A DNA stretch of 64,000 nucleotides, from NCBI GenBank assembly GCA_041395865.1, contig JAWKZQ010000006.1, positions 6,718-70,717 of the forward strand, given 5' to 3'. Each line of letters begins with the position of its first letter. Position 1 is the stretch's first letter. The notes below the pieces were generated by a model. That model was not told the origin of the DNA. It was given only the letters and a program-made list of their open reading frames with translations, and did not search any database. The position numbers and the translations under genes were made by a program. The stretch comes from Pseudomonadales bacterium (GTDB lineage Bacteria > Pseudomonadota > Gammaproteobacteria > Pseudomonadales > IMCC2047). Positions 1-10,349 of the stretch are shown one piece after another.

Positions 1-1
1 C

Positions 2-406
2 GGATTTGTTTTCCAGTCTTTCCAATTGTTGCCTAACCTGACGGCACGAGAAAATGTGGCTCTGCCGCTGGAGATCGGTGGCGGTGATTATGACCAGGCC
101 CATGTGGATCACCTGCTGGCCCGGGTTGGCCTGGCGGACCGGCAGCACCATTATCCGAGCCAGCTTTCCGGCGGCGAGCAGCAGCGCGTCGCCATTGCCA
201 GGGCTTTTGTAACCTCGCCTGCGCTGCTGTTCGCGGATGAACCGACGGGAAACCTGGATGCGGTGACCGGCGCGACGATTATCGAGTTGCTTTTCGAGCT
301 GAACAGAACGCAGCAAACAACGCTGGTGATGGTGACCCATGACGAAATGCTGGCCCAGCGCTGCGACCGCCAGGTTCGACTGGAGGGCGGGCGGTTAACG
401 GCATGA
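2..406 (+). CDS. ABC transporter ATP-binding protein, C-terminal part (gene starts upstream of window); YbbA/LolD-like
   Basis: Frame is open to the window edge (GFVFQSFQLLPNLTARENV). ABC signature LSGGEQQRVAIARA, Walker B LLFADEPTGNLD, H-loop VTHD. An FtsX-type permease gene starts 20 nt downstream. Confidence 0.85.
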   Translation, partial: GFVFQSFQLLPNLTARENVALPLEIGGGDYDQAHVDHLLARVGLADRQHHYPSQLSGGEQQRVAIARAFVTSPALLFADEPTGNLDAVTGATIIELLFELNRTQQTTLVMVTHDEMLAQRCDRQVRLEGGRLTA

Positions 407-425
407 AACGGATGGCAGGCAGGCG

Positions 426-2945
426 ATGGGAGACATAAGGCTCGCAACTCGCTTATTCAGGCGTGAGTGGCGCTGCGGCGAACTAAGAATCCTGGCGCTG
501 GCCCTATTAATCGCTGTTACGGTGACCACCTGTATCAGCTTCTTCACTGACCGGTTGTCGCAGGCATTACTGAACCGCTCGGCGGAAATGTTGGGCGGCG
601 ACCTGGTTGTCAGGGGAACGCGGCCACTTGACCCAGGCTGGCTTAGCCTTCCCGAGGCAGTCGACCTTAAGCGGGCAGAAATCACTGAGTTTTCCACCGT
701 GGTGATTCACCAGGAGCAGCTGCTGCTGGCCAATGTCAAAGCCGTGGGCAGCGCTTATCCGCTCTATGGCAGCCTCCAGATAAGCGAAGACCTTTATGAT
801 GAAGCGGAACGGGTTGATCATCCGCCGCAACCAGGAACGCTCTGGGTGGACAGGCGGGTGCTGGACCGCTTGCAGCTGAAGGTCGGCGATCGGGTTGCCA
901 TTGGTGCCTCGGACTTTAGGATTGGCCGCGTATTGCTGCTGGAGCCGGATCGGGGCGGGAATTATTTTAATCTGGCTCCCCGTATCCTGATGAACCACCA
1001 GGACCTGGCAAAGGCCCAGGTGTTACAGGCCGGTAGTCGGGCGAATTACAAAATTCAATTTGCCGGTGATCCGGATCGGATTGCCCGACTGAAAGCCCGG
1101 CTGACGCTGGAAATGAGCCCGGGCTACCGGCTGATGAGCGCCGGAGAGGGGCGCCAGGGCGCCGGACTGGTTCTCAAACGAGCGCAGGACTACCTCGCCC
1201 TGACGGCCCTGCTTTCGATTATTTTAGCGGCTGTTGCGATTGCCGTAGCGGCCCGTCGCTACAGCCAACGACATTATGATGTCAGTGCTTTGCTCGGGTG
1301 TTTGGGCGCCAGTCAGAAAAAGATATTTCGGTTGTACCTGATACAGCTGGTGTTGCTGGCTCTGGTCTGTGGCGGTGTTGGGACGTTGCTTGGCTGGGTG
1401 ACGCAGCGGGTACTGGCGAATGTGCTGCAAGAGGCGCTGAACCTGATGCTGCCAGCGAGCGGCTGGCAGCCCTGGATCATGGGGGTGATTGCCAGCCTGG
1501 TGGTATTGTTCGGCACCGCGCTGCCACCGCTATGGCGACTTAAGCAGGTTCCCCCTTTGCGTGTTATCCGCCGCGACTTGAAGCCGCTGCCGCTGAAAGG
1601 CTGGCTGGTTTACGGCTGTGGCTGGCTGGCGTTCTGTCTGTTGATTTTGCTCTTTACCCAGGCGTTTATGTTGCTGCTGGATGTGTTCGCAGGCCTACTG
1701 GCGCTGATCGGCGTTTTTGCCGGAGTTGTCTGGCTGCTGATGCTTGCCAGTAAAGGTTCTGGACTCGCCAATGCCGGTTTGCCGGGCCGTGGTTTAAGCC
1801 GGGTTATTCATCGAAGCAGGAATAATACCCTGCAAATTACCGCCTTTGCGTTGACGCTGATGTTGATGACGGTGGTTGCCATGCTGCGGACTGAATTGTT
1901 GGCCAACTGGTCCATGCAGGTGACCGATGATGTGCCCAATCATTTTGTCTTCAATATCATGCCTGCCGATAAAACACGCCTGCACGATTACCTGCTGAGT
2001 CAGGGCATTGTCGAGCCCCGGCTTTATCCCATGGTTCGTGGCCGCCTGGTAAAAATTAAGGGTGTCGATATTAATGCCGAGTTTTTTCCGGAGAAGGATG
2101 AGGCTCCCTCGAACCGTTCGCGTAATGGTATTAATCGCGAGCTGAACCTGAGCTGGACAGACCGGTTGCCGGTGGAGAACCAGGTCGTATCTGGCCAGTG
2201 GTGGACAGGGCCGCTAAACGCCGGGAATGGTTTTCCCGAGGTCTCGGTCGAAGTGGAGCTCGCCAAACGCTTGGGCATTGATCTGCAGGACCAACTCGAA
2301 TTTGATATTGCCGGGCAGCGCCTGACGGCACAGGTTACCAGTTTGCGCAGCCTCGTCTGGGAATCCTTTACGCCTAATTTTTATATGCTTTTTTCGCCGG
2401 GTTCACTGGACGCTTACCCAACCACCTACATCACCAGTTTTCGATTGGAAAAGGAGGATCGCCAGACACTGATCAAGCTGGTGCACGCGTTCCCTTCGAT
2501 TACCGTGTTGGAGGTGGATGCCTTGATTGAGCAGCTGCAGCGCATTCTTGAGCAGGTGACAGCGCTGGTTGAGTTGATGTTGGCGTTTGTGTTGTTGGCA
2601 GGGCTGTGTGTGCTGTTGGCCATCATCCAGAGTGAGCTGGATGAGCGATTGCGCGAGGGCGCCTTGATGCGGGCGCTGGGCGCCAGCCGTCGTTATTTGC
2701 GTGCGCTTAACAGGCTGGAGTTCGCGTTCATGGGGCTGTTGGCTGGCGTGCTGGCCGTTGCCGGAGCCGAACTTGCTACCGCGCTTATTTACCAGCGCAT
2801 CTTTGATTTGCCGCCCCACTGGCATTGGCCCTACTGGTTCTGGGTGCCTTTACTCTCGACACTGACCATTGGTCTGGCTGGCCAGTTGGCGACGGACCGG
2901 ACTGTCAGCCAAAGCCCCATGCTGCTCTTGAAACAGTACGATTAA
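426..2945 (+). CDS. ABC transporter permease, FtsX/MacB-type with duplicated membrane modules (YbbP-like)
   Basis: 839-aa ORF with an ATG start directly after the ATPase gene. Two hydrophobic 4-TM blocks are separated by large soluble domains, as in YbbP-type permeases. Confidence 0.8.
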   Translation: MGDIRLATRLFRREWRCGELRILALALLIAVTVTTCISFFTDRLSQALLNRSAEMLGGDLVVRGTRPLDPGWLSLPEAVDLKRAEITEFSTVVIHQEQLLLANVKAVGSAYPLYGSLQISEDLYDEAERVDHPPQPGTLWVDRRVLDRLQLKVGDRVAIGASDFRIGRVLLLEPDRGGNYFNLAPRILMNHQDLAKAQVLQAGSRANYKIQFAGDPDRIARLKARLTLEMSPGYRLMSAGEGRQGAGLVLKRAQDYLALTALLSIILAAVAIAVAARRYSQRHYDVSALLGCLGASQKKIFRLYLIQLVLLALVCGGVGTLLGWVTQRVLANVLQEALNLMLPASGWQPWIMGVIASLVVLFGTALPPLWRLKQVPPLRVIRRDLKPLPLKGWLVYGCGWLAFCLLILLFTQAFMLLLDVFAGLLALIGVFAGVVWLLMLASKGSGLANAGLPGRGLSRVIHRSRNNTLQITAFALTLMLMTVVAMLRTELLANWSMQVTDDVPNHFVFNIMPADKTRLHDYLLSQGIVEPRLYPMVRGRLVKIKGVDINAEFFPEKDEAPSNRSRNGINRELNLSWTDRLPVENQVVSGQWWTGPLNAGNGFPEVSVEVELAKRLGIDLQDQLEFDIAGQRLTAQVTSLRSLVWESFTPNFYMLFSPGSLDAYPTTYITSFRLEKEDRQTLIKLVHAFPSITVLEVDALIEQLQRILEQVTALVELMLAFVLLAGLCVLLAIIQSELDERLREGALMRALGASRRYLRALNRLEFAFMGLLAGVLAVAGAELATALIYQRIFDLPPHWHWPYWFWVPLLSTLTIGLAGQLATDRTVSQSPMLLLKQYD

Positions 2946-3106
2946 GCCGCCAGCGAGATTCCTGGTCAAATGCCCAAGATTCCCAGACAAGGGAATTGGG
3001 TTGCGGCACTCGATGCGATCCAGTTAAATAGTGCTAATGGGCCCTAGGGGGCATATAAAACTAAAATAACACCCATTGCGGTCGGCACATAAAGGAGACT
3101 GAACCC

Positions 3107-5059
3107 ATGTCCGAGGCCAAAATTTACCCTGTAAAAGCTGATATCGCCGCACGAACCTGGGCTGACGATACAACCTATCAGGCAATGTATAAGGCCTCGG
3201 TGGACGATCCGGATGCTTTCTGGGGCGAACATGGCAAGCGTGTCGATTGGATCAAACCCTATACCCGCGTCAAGGATACGCACTTCAGCGCTGAAGAGGC
3301 CAGTATCAAATGGTTTGAGGATGGCGTACTCAATGCTTCGGCTAACTGTATTGATCGCCATTTGGCGAATCGCGGTGATCAGGTTGCGATTATCTGGGAG
3401 TCGGATGACCCGGCGGTTGATACCAAAATTACCTACCGGGAGCTGTACACGCATGTGTGCCGTTTTGCGAATGCGCTCAAGGCACAAGGCATCAAAAAGG
3501 GCGATGTCATCACGATTTATATGCCGATGATTCCCGAAGCGGCCTATGCCATGCTGGCCTGTGCACGGATTGGCGCGATCCACTCGGTGATTTTCGGCGG
3601 CTTTTCAGCCGATGCCATTGCCAACCGCATTGCGGCCTGTAACTCCAATGCGGTGATTACGGCCGATGAAGGGGTGCGTGGCGGGCGTACGATCCCGTTG
3701 AAGGCTAATGTGGACGAGGCCTTGTCGCGTGAAGGCACGGACTGTGTGAACACTGTTGTCGTGGTTAAATACACGCAGGCCGAGACGGGCTGGGTTGAGG
3801 GCCGTGATGTGGCTTACCAGGACATTATCGCGGCGGTGTCCGACGAGTGTCCGCCTGAACCCATGAACGCCGAAGACCCGCTGTTTATCCTTTATACTTC
3901 CGGCTCAACCGGGACGCCCAAGGGTGTGATGCATACCACCGGCGGTTACCTGGTTTATGCCGCCATGACCCACCAATATGCCTTTGATTACCATGATGGC
4001 GATATTTACTGGTGTACGGCCGATGTCGGCTGGATTACCGGCCACAGCTATATCCTTTATGGTCCGTTGGCTAATGGCGCGACAACGCTGATGTTTGAGG
4101 GCGTGCCAAACTATCCTGCCATCAATCGCATGAGCCAGGTGGTCGATAAACACCAGGTCAATATTCTTTATACGGCACCCACGGCGATTCGCGCACTGAT
4201 GGCAGACGGCGACGAGGCAGTGGAGGGCACGAGCCGTGACAGCCTGAGAGTCCTGGGTACGGTCGGTGAGCCGATTAACCCGGCGGCCTGGGAATGGTAT
4301 TACCGGACAATCGGCAATGCCAAATGCCCTGTTATCGATACCTGGTGGCAGACAGAAACCGGCGGCTTTATGCTGACTCCCTTACCGGGCGCCACCGATC
4401 TTAAACCCGGTTCGGCAACGCGTCCTTTCTTTGGCGTCCTGCCGGGGTTGATGGATGCTGAGGGCCACTTGATTGAGGGTGAGGCTGAAGCTGAAGGCAT
4501 TCTGGTGATAAAGGACAGCTGGCCGGGGCAGGCGCGTTCCGTATACGGCGACCATCCTCGATTTATCACAACCTATTTCACGGCTTATCCCGGTTACTTT
4601 TTCACCGGCGACGGAGCGTCCCGGGATGCCGATGGCTACTACTGGATCACTGGCCGGGTGGATGATGTGTTGAGCGTTTCGGGCCACCGACTGGGAACGG
4701 CGGAAATCGAGAGCGCTGTCGTTTTACACGATAAGGTGGCTGAAGCGGCGGTCGTGGGCTACCCCCATGACATTAAGGGGGAGGGCATTTACGTGTATGT
4801 CACCCTGAATCACGGGGTTGAACCCAGCGATGAGCTGGCGGAAGAGTTACGGCAGTGGGTTCGCAAGGAGATTGGCCCCGTGGCCTCGCCGGATTTGATT
4901 CAATGGGCGCCTGGACTGCCGAAAACCCGCTCCGGCAAAATCATGCGCCGCATTTTGCGCAAGATTGCCGCGAATGAGTACGAGCAGCTGGGCGATACTT
5001 CGACGCTGGCGGACCCGTCGGTTGTCGAGAATTTGATTGCTAATCGTAAGAACCGTTAA
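3107..5059 (+). CDS. acs: acetyl-CoA synthetase (AMP-forming)
   Basis: 650 aa. AMP-binding motif [20 protein letters not shown]-terminal [22 protein letters not shown] upstream of the ATG. Confidence 0.95.
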   Translation: MSEAKIYPVKADIAARTWADDTTYQAMYKASVDDPDAFWGEHGKRVDWIKPYTRVKDTHFSAEEASIKWFEDGVLNASANCIDRHLANRGDQVAIIWESDDPAVDTKITYRELYTHVCRFANALKAQGIKKGDVITIYMPMIPEAAYAMLACARIGAIHSVIFGGFSADAIANRIAACNSNAVITADEGVRGGRTIPLKANVDEALSREGTDCVNTVVVVKYTQAETGWVEGRDVAYQDIIAAVSDECPPEPMNAEDPLFILYTSGSTGTPKGVMHTTGGYLVYAAMTHQYAFDYHDGDIYWCTADVGWITGHSYILYGPLANGATTLMFEGVPNYPAINRMSQVVDKHQVNILYTAPTAIRALMADGDEAVEGTSRDSLRVLGTVGEPINPAAWEWYYRTIGNAKCPVIDTWWQTETGGFMLTPLPGATDLKPGSATRPFFGVLPGLMDAEGHLIEGEAEAEGILVIKDSWPGQARSVYGDHPRFITTYFTAYPGYFFTGDGASRDADGYYWITGRVDDVLSVSGHRLGTAEIESAVVLHDKVAEAAVVGYPHDIKGEGIYVYVTLNHGVEPSDELAEELRQWVRKEIGPVASPDLIQWAPGLPKTRSGKIMRRILRKIAANEYEQLGDTSTLADPSVVENLIANRKNR

Positions 5060-5072
5060 TAAACGGGCGAGG

Positions 5073-5684
5073 TCAGTCCTGCCATTTCAGGACGGCCTCA
5101 CCGTGAGTCTGGTTAACGGCCTTCAATTCCAGTTCCTGGGCCTGCGTTTCCGGCACCCTGATGTGCATAAGCACCTGCTCCTGGTAAGCGGTTTCGACCA
5201 CCTCGATGTGCAGGCTTTCCATTAAACGGCGCAGGGTGCTTTCCTGGGCATAGGGAAATTGCAGTAGCGCCTCTTTAACGGCTACGACCTCTTCGACGGG
5301 AAGGGCTTCCATAACAGCCTGCACGGCGCCCGAGTAGGCCCTTACCAGTCCGCCCGCACCCAGCTTAACGCCTCCGAAGTAGCGGGTGACAACCACTACC
5401 ACTTCTCCAATGCCTTTGTGTTGCAGCACATTCAGCATAGGTTTGCCGGCCGTGCCCTGGGGCTCGCCATCATCGCTCATGCCGATTTCAACGGTATTGT
5501 TGGGCTCGCCTGCGATGTAGGCCCAGCAATTGTGGGTGGCATCGGGAAAGGTGCTTCTCACCGCCTGGATAAAAGCCAGGGCTTCCGCTTTGTTGCTGGC
5601 GCGGCCGGCTGAGGCGATAAAGCGGCTTTTCTTCAGTTCTTGTTCGACAACCAAGGTGTCGGCGGGTACTTGATAGGAGGGCAT
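5073..5684 (-). CDS. yigZ: YigZ / IMPACT-family protein (UPF0029)
   Basis: Motifs KKSRFIA, HNCWAY, SDDGEPxGTAGKPML, VVVVTRYFGGxKLG. The ATG at 5684 gives about 203 aa, typical for YigZ. The ORF track extends to a TTG at 5759. Confidence 0.75.
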   Translation of the reverse strand: MPSYQVPADTLVVEQELKKSRFIASAGRASNKAEALAFIQAVRSTFPDATHNCWAYIAGEPNNTVEIGMSDDGEPQGTAGKPMLNVLQHKGIGEVVVVVTRYFGGVKLGAGGLVRAYSGAVQAVMEALPVEEVVAVKEALLQFPYAQESTLRRLMESLHIEVVETAYQEQVLMHIRVPETQAQELELKAVNQTHGEAVLKWQD

Positions 5685-5918
5685 TGGCGGTCTGTTATCT
5701 TTTCTTAAAACGCGGTTGGCGGCTGGTTTTCTCGAGGTTAAGGCACCATGAGCGATCAAACCAGATCATCGCCTTAAATAGTCCGGGCGTGTGATTATAA
5801 ACAAAGCCCGTCAGCCTACGTGATTCGCAGGGCATTTGGAACGCTCAAATGCTATTCGACCTGTTTTATCGGCCCGGCTGCTGGCGATGGCACTTGCTGA
5901 TAAACAGGGTGGTCGGCT

Positions 5919-6248
5919 TCAGTGACTCGTTGTTTGTGAAAAAAGATTAATCACCACTACACCGGCAATAATCAACCCCATGCCAATAATGGCAGGCGTG
6001 TCGGGTATTTCCCTATAGACAAAAACGCCAACCAGGCTGATCAGGACAATGCCCAGCCCGGACCAGATAGCGTAAGTGATCCCGACGGGGATGCTGCGCA
6101 GAACCAATGTTAGGAAATAAAAGGAGATACAGTAACCAACCACTACAATTGCACTGGGAATCAGTTTGGTAAATTCGGCTGAGGCCTTCAGGGCACTGGT
6201 GGCAATGACTTCGGAAATAATAGCAATGGTAAGGTAAAGGTAGACCAT
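5919..6248 (-). CDS. SMR-family small multidrug / quaternary-cation exporter (EmrE/SugE-like)
   Basis: 109 aa with 4 predicted TM helices. Conserved membrane-embedded Glu in TM1 (AIISEVIATSALK). Confidence 0.8.
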   Translation of the reverse strand: MVYLYLTIAIISEVIATSALKASAEFTKLIPSAIVVVGYCISFYFLTLVLRSIPVGITYAIWSGLGIVLISLVGVFVYREIPDTPAIIGMGLIIAGVVVINLFSQTTSH

Positions 6249-6302
6249 GGCTTCAACTCGGTCGCTACGATAGGACTATCATACTCCGTGGTTTAGCCCG
6301 AT

Positions 6303-7295
6303 TCATTCGTCGAGGCTGAATAACTTGGCCCGAACCAGTTTGCGGTAATCCCTGGGGTTGAGTGAAACGCGGCGTTTGAACAGCGCGGAAAAGTACCCCG
6401 GATCGCTAAAACCCACCCGGTAGCTGATTTCCGCGATACTGAGATTGCTGTCCTTGAGCAGATCCTTGGCGGTGCCGAGCCGGATATGCTGAAGGTATTC
6501 CAGAGGCGTACTGTCAGTGGCTTGCTTGAAGCGGCGGTTAAAGGTGCGCAGGCTCATATCGAACTGTTTGGCGACCTCCTGCAGACTGACCTCCTGATCA
6601 TAATTCCTCAACATCCACTGCTGGGCCTGGATGATTTCCTCGTCGTGGTGAGAGCGCTGTTCGTCGAAAGCGTAGAAAATACTTTCGTAGGACTGTTTGA
6701 TCTCGTGAGCAAAGTGCTGCTCAATCTGGCGGGCGATATCGTGGTTGTAGAAGCGTTCAATAAAGTGAATCACAAGGTTGGTGATGGAGTTCATCCGCCC
6801 AGCGCAATAGATGTTGCCGGAATTCGTAATAAAGCGTTTGGTGAGCAGTTTAACCTTGGGGTAGTCCTTCTTGAACTGGTCAAAGTAATACCAGTGTGTG
6901 GTGGCTGATTTTCCGTCCAGCAGGCCTGCTTCGGCGAGGTAACAGACACCGGTCCCGGTGGCGCAGATCAACGCATCGCGCTGGTGCTGGCGGGCAACCC
7001 ATTCGGTAATGAAGGGGTAGCGTCGCAGCATGGGCTTGGGGTTGCCCCACATACCGGGAATAATAATCAGGTCGGTTTCAACAATGTCAGCCAGTTTGCT
7101 GCTGGGGCGGATTTCAATGCCGCCGGTAATCCGGATAGGTTCGCCGTCGATGCTGGCGATATCAATTTTTAATCGGGGGCTGTCCGGGCTTTGTACCCGC
7201 TGCATGGCATCGGCGGCATTGAGCATTTCGATAGGCAGGGTAATGCTGGTACCGAGCGCGCGGGGAAAGGTCAGTACGGTGATGTGTTTCATCAT
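6303..7295 (-). CDS. AraC-family transcriptional regulator with N-terminal DJ-1/PfpI-like (GlxA-type) domain
   Basis: C-terminal AraC HTH (SLQEVAKQFDMSLRTFNRRFK ... GFSDPGYFSALFKR). N-terminal class-I glutamine amidotransferase-like fold. Start chosen at the MMKHITVL methionines (7295/7292); the ORF is open to 7361. Confidence 0.8.
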   Translation of the reverse strand: MMKHITVLTFPRALGTSITLPIEMLNAADAMQRVQSPDSPRLKIDIASIDGEPIRITGGIEIRPSSKLADIVETDLIIIPGMWGNPKPMLRRYPFITEWVARQHQRDALICATGTGVCYLAEAGLLDGKSATTHWYYFDQFKKDYPKVKLLTKRFITNSGNIYCAGRMNSITNLVIHFIERFYNHDIARQIEQHFAHEIKQSYESIFYAFDEQRSHHDEEIIQAQQWMLRNYDQEVSLQEVAKQFDMSLRTFNRRFKQATDSTPLEYLQHIRLGTAKDLLKDSNLSIAEISYRVGFSDPGYFSALFKRRVSLNPRDYRKLVRAKLFSLDE

Positions 7296-7433
7296 TGGCC
7301 CATTATTCGATAAAAATGACAAAATTTGTCTTGTATGCCTAATTAAATGGCGAATATACACTAGTTGTCATTTTTCTTACACATTAGTATGGGAGCCATT
7401 ATTGGGTTAGTGTGCTTTCGCGAGGAGAAAAAT

Positions 7434-9341
7434 TTGGCATCGTTACCTGTGATTGTAAGTTTTGGAGGTATCAGTCCGGCCGGCAGGTCGTCTTTCCACC
7501 ACGGTTACCGCCGTATGCTGGCGGATGTTCTGGATGCTGAAACGGTTAAACAGACCTATACGGATCTGGCGATCCTGATGAATCTGCTGAAGTATAAGGA
7601 AGGGGCTTATACCGACGCAGAGGGCAACCCGGTCGATCTGGATGACTGGCTGGCTCATCACCGTCCGCATATTACCGATCACACATTGGTGCGAAAGCTG
7701 GAGAAAAACCTATTTGACCCGGATGCCATGCTGACACACACGGCCTCCAAACTGTCGATGGCTGAGAGCAACCCCATCAGTTTTGAAATGCGTTCGCGCC
7801 ACTTGCCGAACAGCATTCCCGACAACTGGAAAGTGGAAACCCTGAACGATGGCACCGATAAGGTTCGGGTGACCATCGAAGGCGACCTGGAGGTTCTGTT
7901 CAAGGATACTCGCACCTCGACCGTAAACAGCGCGGGGCAGTTACCCAGCGGCTTTAAGCCGGACAAACTGTATGCGTCCCGTTCCCACCCACGCGGCCTG
8001 CAATTGAGTGTCTACGGCGCCTCCGATGCCTTGCATGCGATGGGTATCGACTGGGAAGAGGTCATGTCTCGTGTTTCGCCCGATGAAGTGGGCGTGTTTG
8101 CCAGCAGCAGCATGACGCAATTGGACGAGAATGGTAACGGCGGTTTGTTGCAGTCTCACCTGCAGGGCAAACGTGTCAGCTCGAAGCAGCTGGCCTTGGG
8201 TTTTGCCGAGATGCCGGCGGATTTTATCAATGCTTACCTGCTTGGTAATGTCGGTGGAACCGGCGCTAATGTGGGTGCCTGTGCGACTTTCCTCTATAAC
8301 CTCAAGCTTGGCATGGAGGAAATTCGTTCCGGACGCAAGCGTGTGGTGGTTGTGGGCGATGCCGAAGCGGCCATTACGCCAGAGGTGATTGATGGTTTCA
8401 GAACCATGGGCGCCCTGGCCGAAGATAAGGCGCTGTTGGCCCTGGATGGCGGTGATGTCGTCAACCATCGGCGTGCCTGCCGACCCTTTTCTTCCAACTG
8501 TGGATTCACCCTGGCGGAAGGGGCCCAGTTCGTTGTGCTGTTCGATGATGCATTGGCGGTGGAACTGGGGGCGAACATTCTGGGAGCGGTGGGTGACGTC
8601 TTCGTAAACGCCGACGGTTACAAAAAGTCGATCTCCAGTCCGGGTGTCGGCAACTATGTCACCATGGCCAAGGCTATGGCATCGGCCCGGGCTATTGTCG
8701 GCGACGAAGGTATCAAGCGCAGCTTTGTGCAGGCGCACGGCACCGGCACGCCACAGAACCGTGTCACCGAATCCCATATCCTCAACGAAATGGCAAAAAC
8801 CTTTGGCATCGACAGCTGGCCGGTTGCCGCTGTGAAAAGTTACTTGGGACACACGCTGGCCGTTGCGGCGGGCGACCAGTTGATGTCAACCCTGGGCGTT
8901 TGGCAATACGGTATTATTCCCGCTATTTCCACCATTGATCATATTGCTGAGGATGTTCATGACAGCCATTTGAATATCCTGCAACAGAACCTTGAGGTCG
9001 GCCCTGAGGGCATGGATGTGGCGATCCTGAATTCCAAGGGCTTTGGCGGTAATAATGCCTCGGCCTGTATTCTGTCGCCCCATGTGGCGCGTTCCATGCT
9101 GGCGAAAAAATACGGCGATTCTGCCTTGGCGGACTATGCCAAGCGTAATGAAGGCGTTCAGGAAAAAGCGCGGCAATACGATGAGGCAGCCAGGAAAGGG
9201 CTGGCCGAACCCGTCTATAAATTCGGCCAGGATGTCAAAGAGGGGAACGACGTCAGCCTCAGCCAGTCGGAGTTGAGAATTTCCGGATACGAAAACCCGA
9301 TCAGTCTGGACATTGAAAACCCCTACAAAGAGATGTGTTGA
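7434..9341 (+). CDS. fabY: long beta-ketoacyl-ACP synthase of the KAS I/II fold, FabY-like
   Basis: Thiolase-fold KAS with a Cys-His-His triad context (GACATFLYN, AHGTGTPQNR, KSYLGHTLAVAAG). About 635 aa from the in-frame TTG at 7434, which sits 6 nt after GAGGAG. Length and N-terminus (LPVIVSFGGISPAGRSSFHHGYRR) resemble the Pseudomonas FabY class as I recall it. Confidence 0.7.
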   Translation: MASLPVIVSFGGISPAGRSSFHHGYRRMLADVLDAETVKQTYTDLAILMNLLKYKEGAYTDAEGNPVDLDDWLAHHRPHITDHTLVRKLEKNLFDPDAMLTHTASKLSMAESNPISFEMRSRHLPNSIPDNWKVETLNDGTDKVRVTIEGDLEVLFKDTRTSTVNSAGQLPSGFKPDKLYASRSHPRGLQLSVYGASDALHAMGIDWEEVMSRVSPDEVGVFASSSMTQLDENGNGGLLQSHLQGKRVSSKQLALGFAEMPADFINAYLLGNVGGTGANVGACATFLYNLKLGMEEIRSGRKRVVVVGDAEAAITPEVIDGFRTMGALAEDKALLALDGGDVVNHRRACRPFSSNCGFTLAEGAQFVVLFDDALAVELGANILGAVGDVFVNADGYKKSISSPGVGNYVTMAKAMASARAIVGDEGIKRSFVQAHGTGTPQNRVTESHILNEMAKTFGIDSWPVAAVKSYLGHTLAVAAGDQLMSTLGVWQYGIIPAISTIDHIAEDVHDSHLNILQQNLEVGPEGMDVAILNSKGFGGNNASACILSPHVARSMLAKKYGDSALADYAKRNEGVQEKARQYDEAARKGLAEPVYKFGQDVKEGNDVSLSQSELRISGYENPISLDIENPYKEMC

Positions 9342-9354
9342 TAAGACTTGAAAA

Positions 9355-9379
9355 GCGGAGCCCAGGCTCCGCTTTTTTT
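9355..9379 (+). terminator. rho-independent terminator after the fabY-like gene
   Basis: GCGGAGCC-CAG-GGCTCCGC stem-loop followed by TTTTTTT. Confidence 0.85.
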
Positions 9380-9652
9380 GACCGCCTCGTTATGACGGAG
9401 CTTCAGCAGATGTTTGCCAGCCGAACCTGTGGGCTTTGGTAACAGGTTGATTTTCAAGTAACAGCGCCTTCGTTATGATGGGGGCTGATCAAGTGAAAAC
9501 GGGAAAGCGCTTATTAACACCTTGTATGAATAGGGTGCTTTTTATTCGAATAAGCTTTAATTACCGTCGTACGATGCCTTGATTTTTTTAACTGTTTGAA
9601 AATAAAGGCAATATTTTAATTGCGCAAAATTTATGCAAATCGCTGAAATGCC

Positions 9653-10330
9653 ATGATTGTAAGGGCTGTGTCAATTCATTCAGTTTTTATCCGCAAAGAT
9701 ATCCACAGCTTTTGTGAACAAAAAACAATTGTCCTGGGATTCCTGCTGATCTGCCTGTTACTCAGTGGCTGTGTGGGTAACATGCCGCGGAATCCGGATA
9801 ATCTGTGCGCTATTTTTGAGGAGAAGCGCAGTTGGTATAAAGCGGCCAAGCGAATGGAGAAACGCTGGAAGGTGCCGCCGCAGGTTCCCATGGCCATCAT
9901 GTACCAGGAATCCCGCTTTAGGAGCAACGCCAAACCGCCGAAAAACTATGTGCTTGGTTTTATCCCCTGGGGGCGTGTCAGCTCAGCCTATGGTTATGCC
10001 CAGGCTAAAAAAGGCACCTGGAAGGATTATCAGCGTGAAACGGGAAACGGTTGGGCGGATCGCGATGATTTTGGCGATGCCATTGATTTCATGGGCTGGT
10101 TCATTGATAAGAGCCATCGTCTTAATGGGGTATCCAAGTGGGACACGCGTGAGCAGTATTTGAATTATCACGAAGGCTGGGGCGGTTACCGCAGCGGCAG
10201 TTATAACTCGAAAGTCTGGCTGCAGGATGTTGCCGGGAAAGTGCATGCCCGCGCCAGCCGATACGGCGCCCAGTACCGTCAGTGCCAGGAGCGCCTTGAT
10301 GCGGGCTGGTTTAAGCGGCTTTTTATGTGA
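9653..10330 (+). CDS. lipoprotein with transglycosylase SLT-like domain
   Basis: Lipobox LLLSGC. MAIMYQESRFRSNAKPP (catalytic Glu-Ser context) and YAQAKKGTW. The start is uncertain because the ATG at 9653 gives an unusually long 39-aa pre-Cys leader. Confidence 0.65.
   Translation: MIVRAVSIHSVFIRKDIHSFCEQKTIVLGFLLICLLLSGCVGNMPRNPDNLCAIFEEKRSWYKAAKRMEKRWKVPPQVPMAIMYQESRFRSNAKPPKNYVLGFIPWGRVSSAYGYAQAKKGTWKDYQRETGNGWADRDDFGDAIDFMGWFIDKSHRLNGVSKWDTREQYLNYHEGWGGYRSGSYNSKVWLQDVAGKVHARASRYGAQYRQCQERLDAGWFKRLFM
9687..9721. promoter_or_regulatory. composite DnaA-box-like element, copy 1 (two direct 9-mers plus one inverted)
   Basis: TTATCCGCA 9687-9695 and ATATCCACA 9699-9707 (12-bp spacing), then inverted TGTGAACAA 9713-9721. 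The core is near-identical to copy 2 at 10787-10809. Confidence 0.4.
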
Positions 10331-10349
10331 ATAGGACAGGAATTGTTTG

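Noticed and set aside
6249-6302. Possible guanidine (mini-ykkC / ykkC-III) riboswitch upstream of the SMR exporter
   Set aside because: Only 54 nt are available, and there are no paired hairpins with ACGR loops or other conserved riboswitch cores. The SMR gene is more likely co-transcribed with the AraC-family gene.
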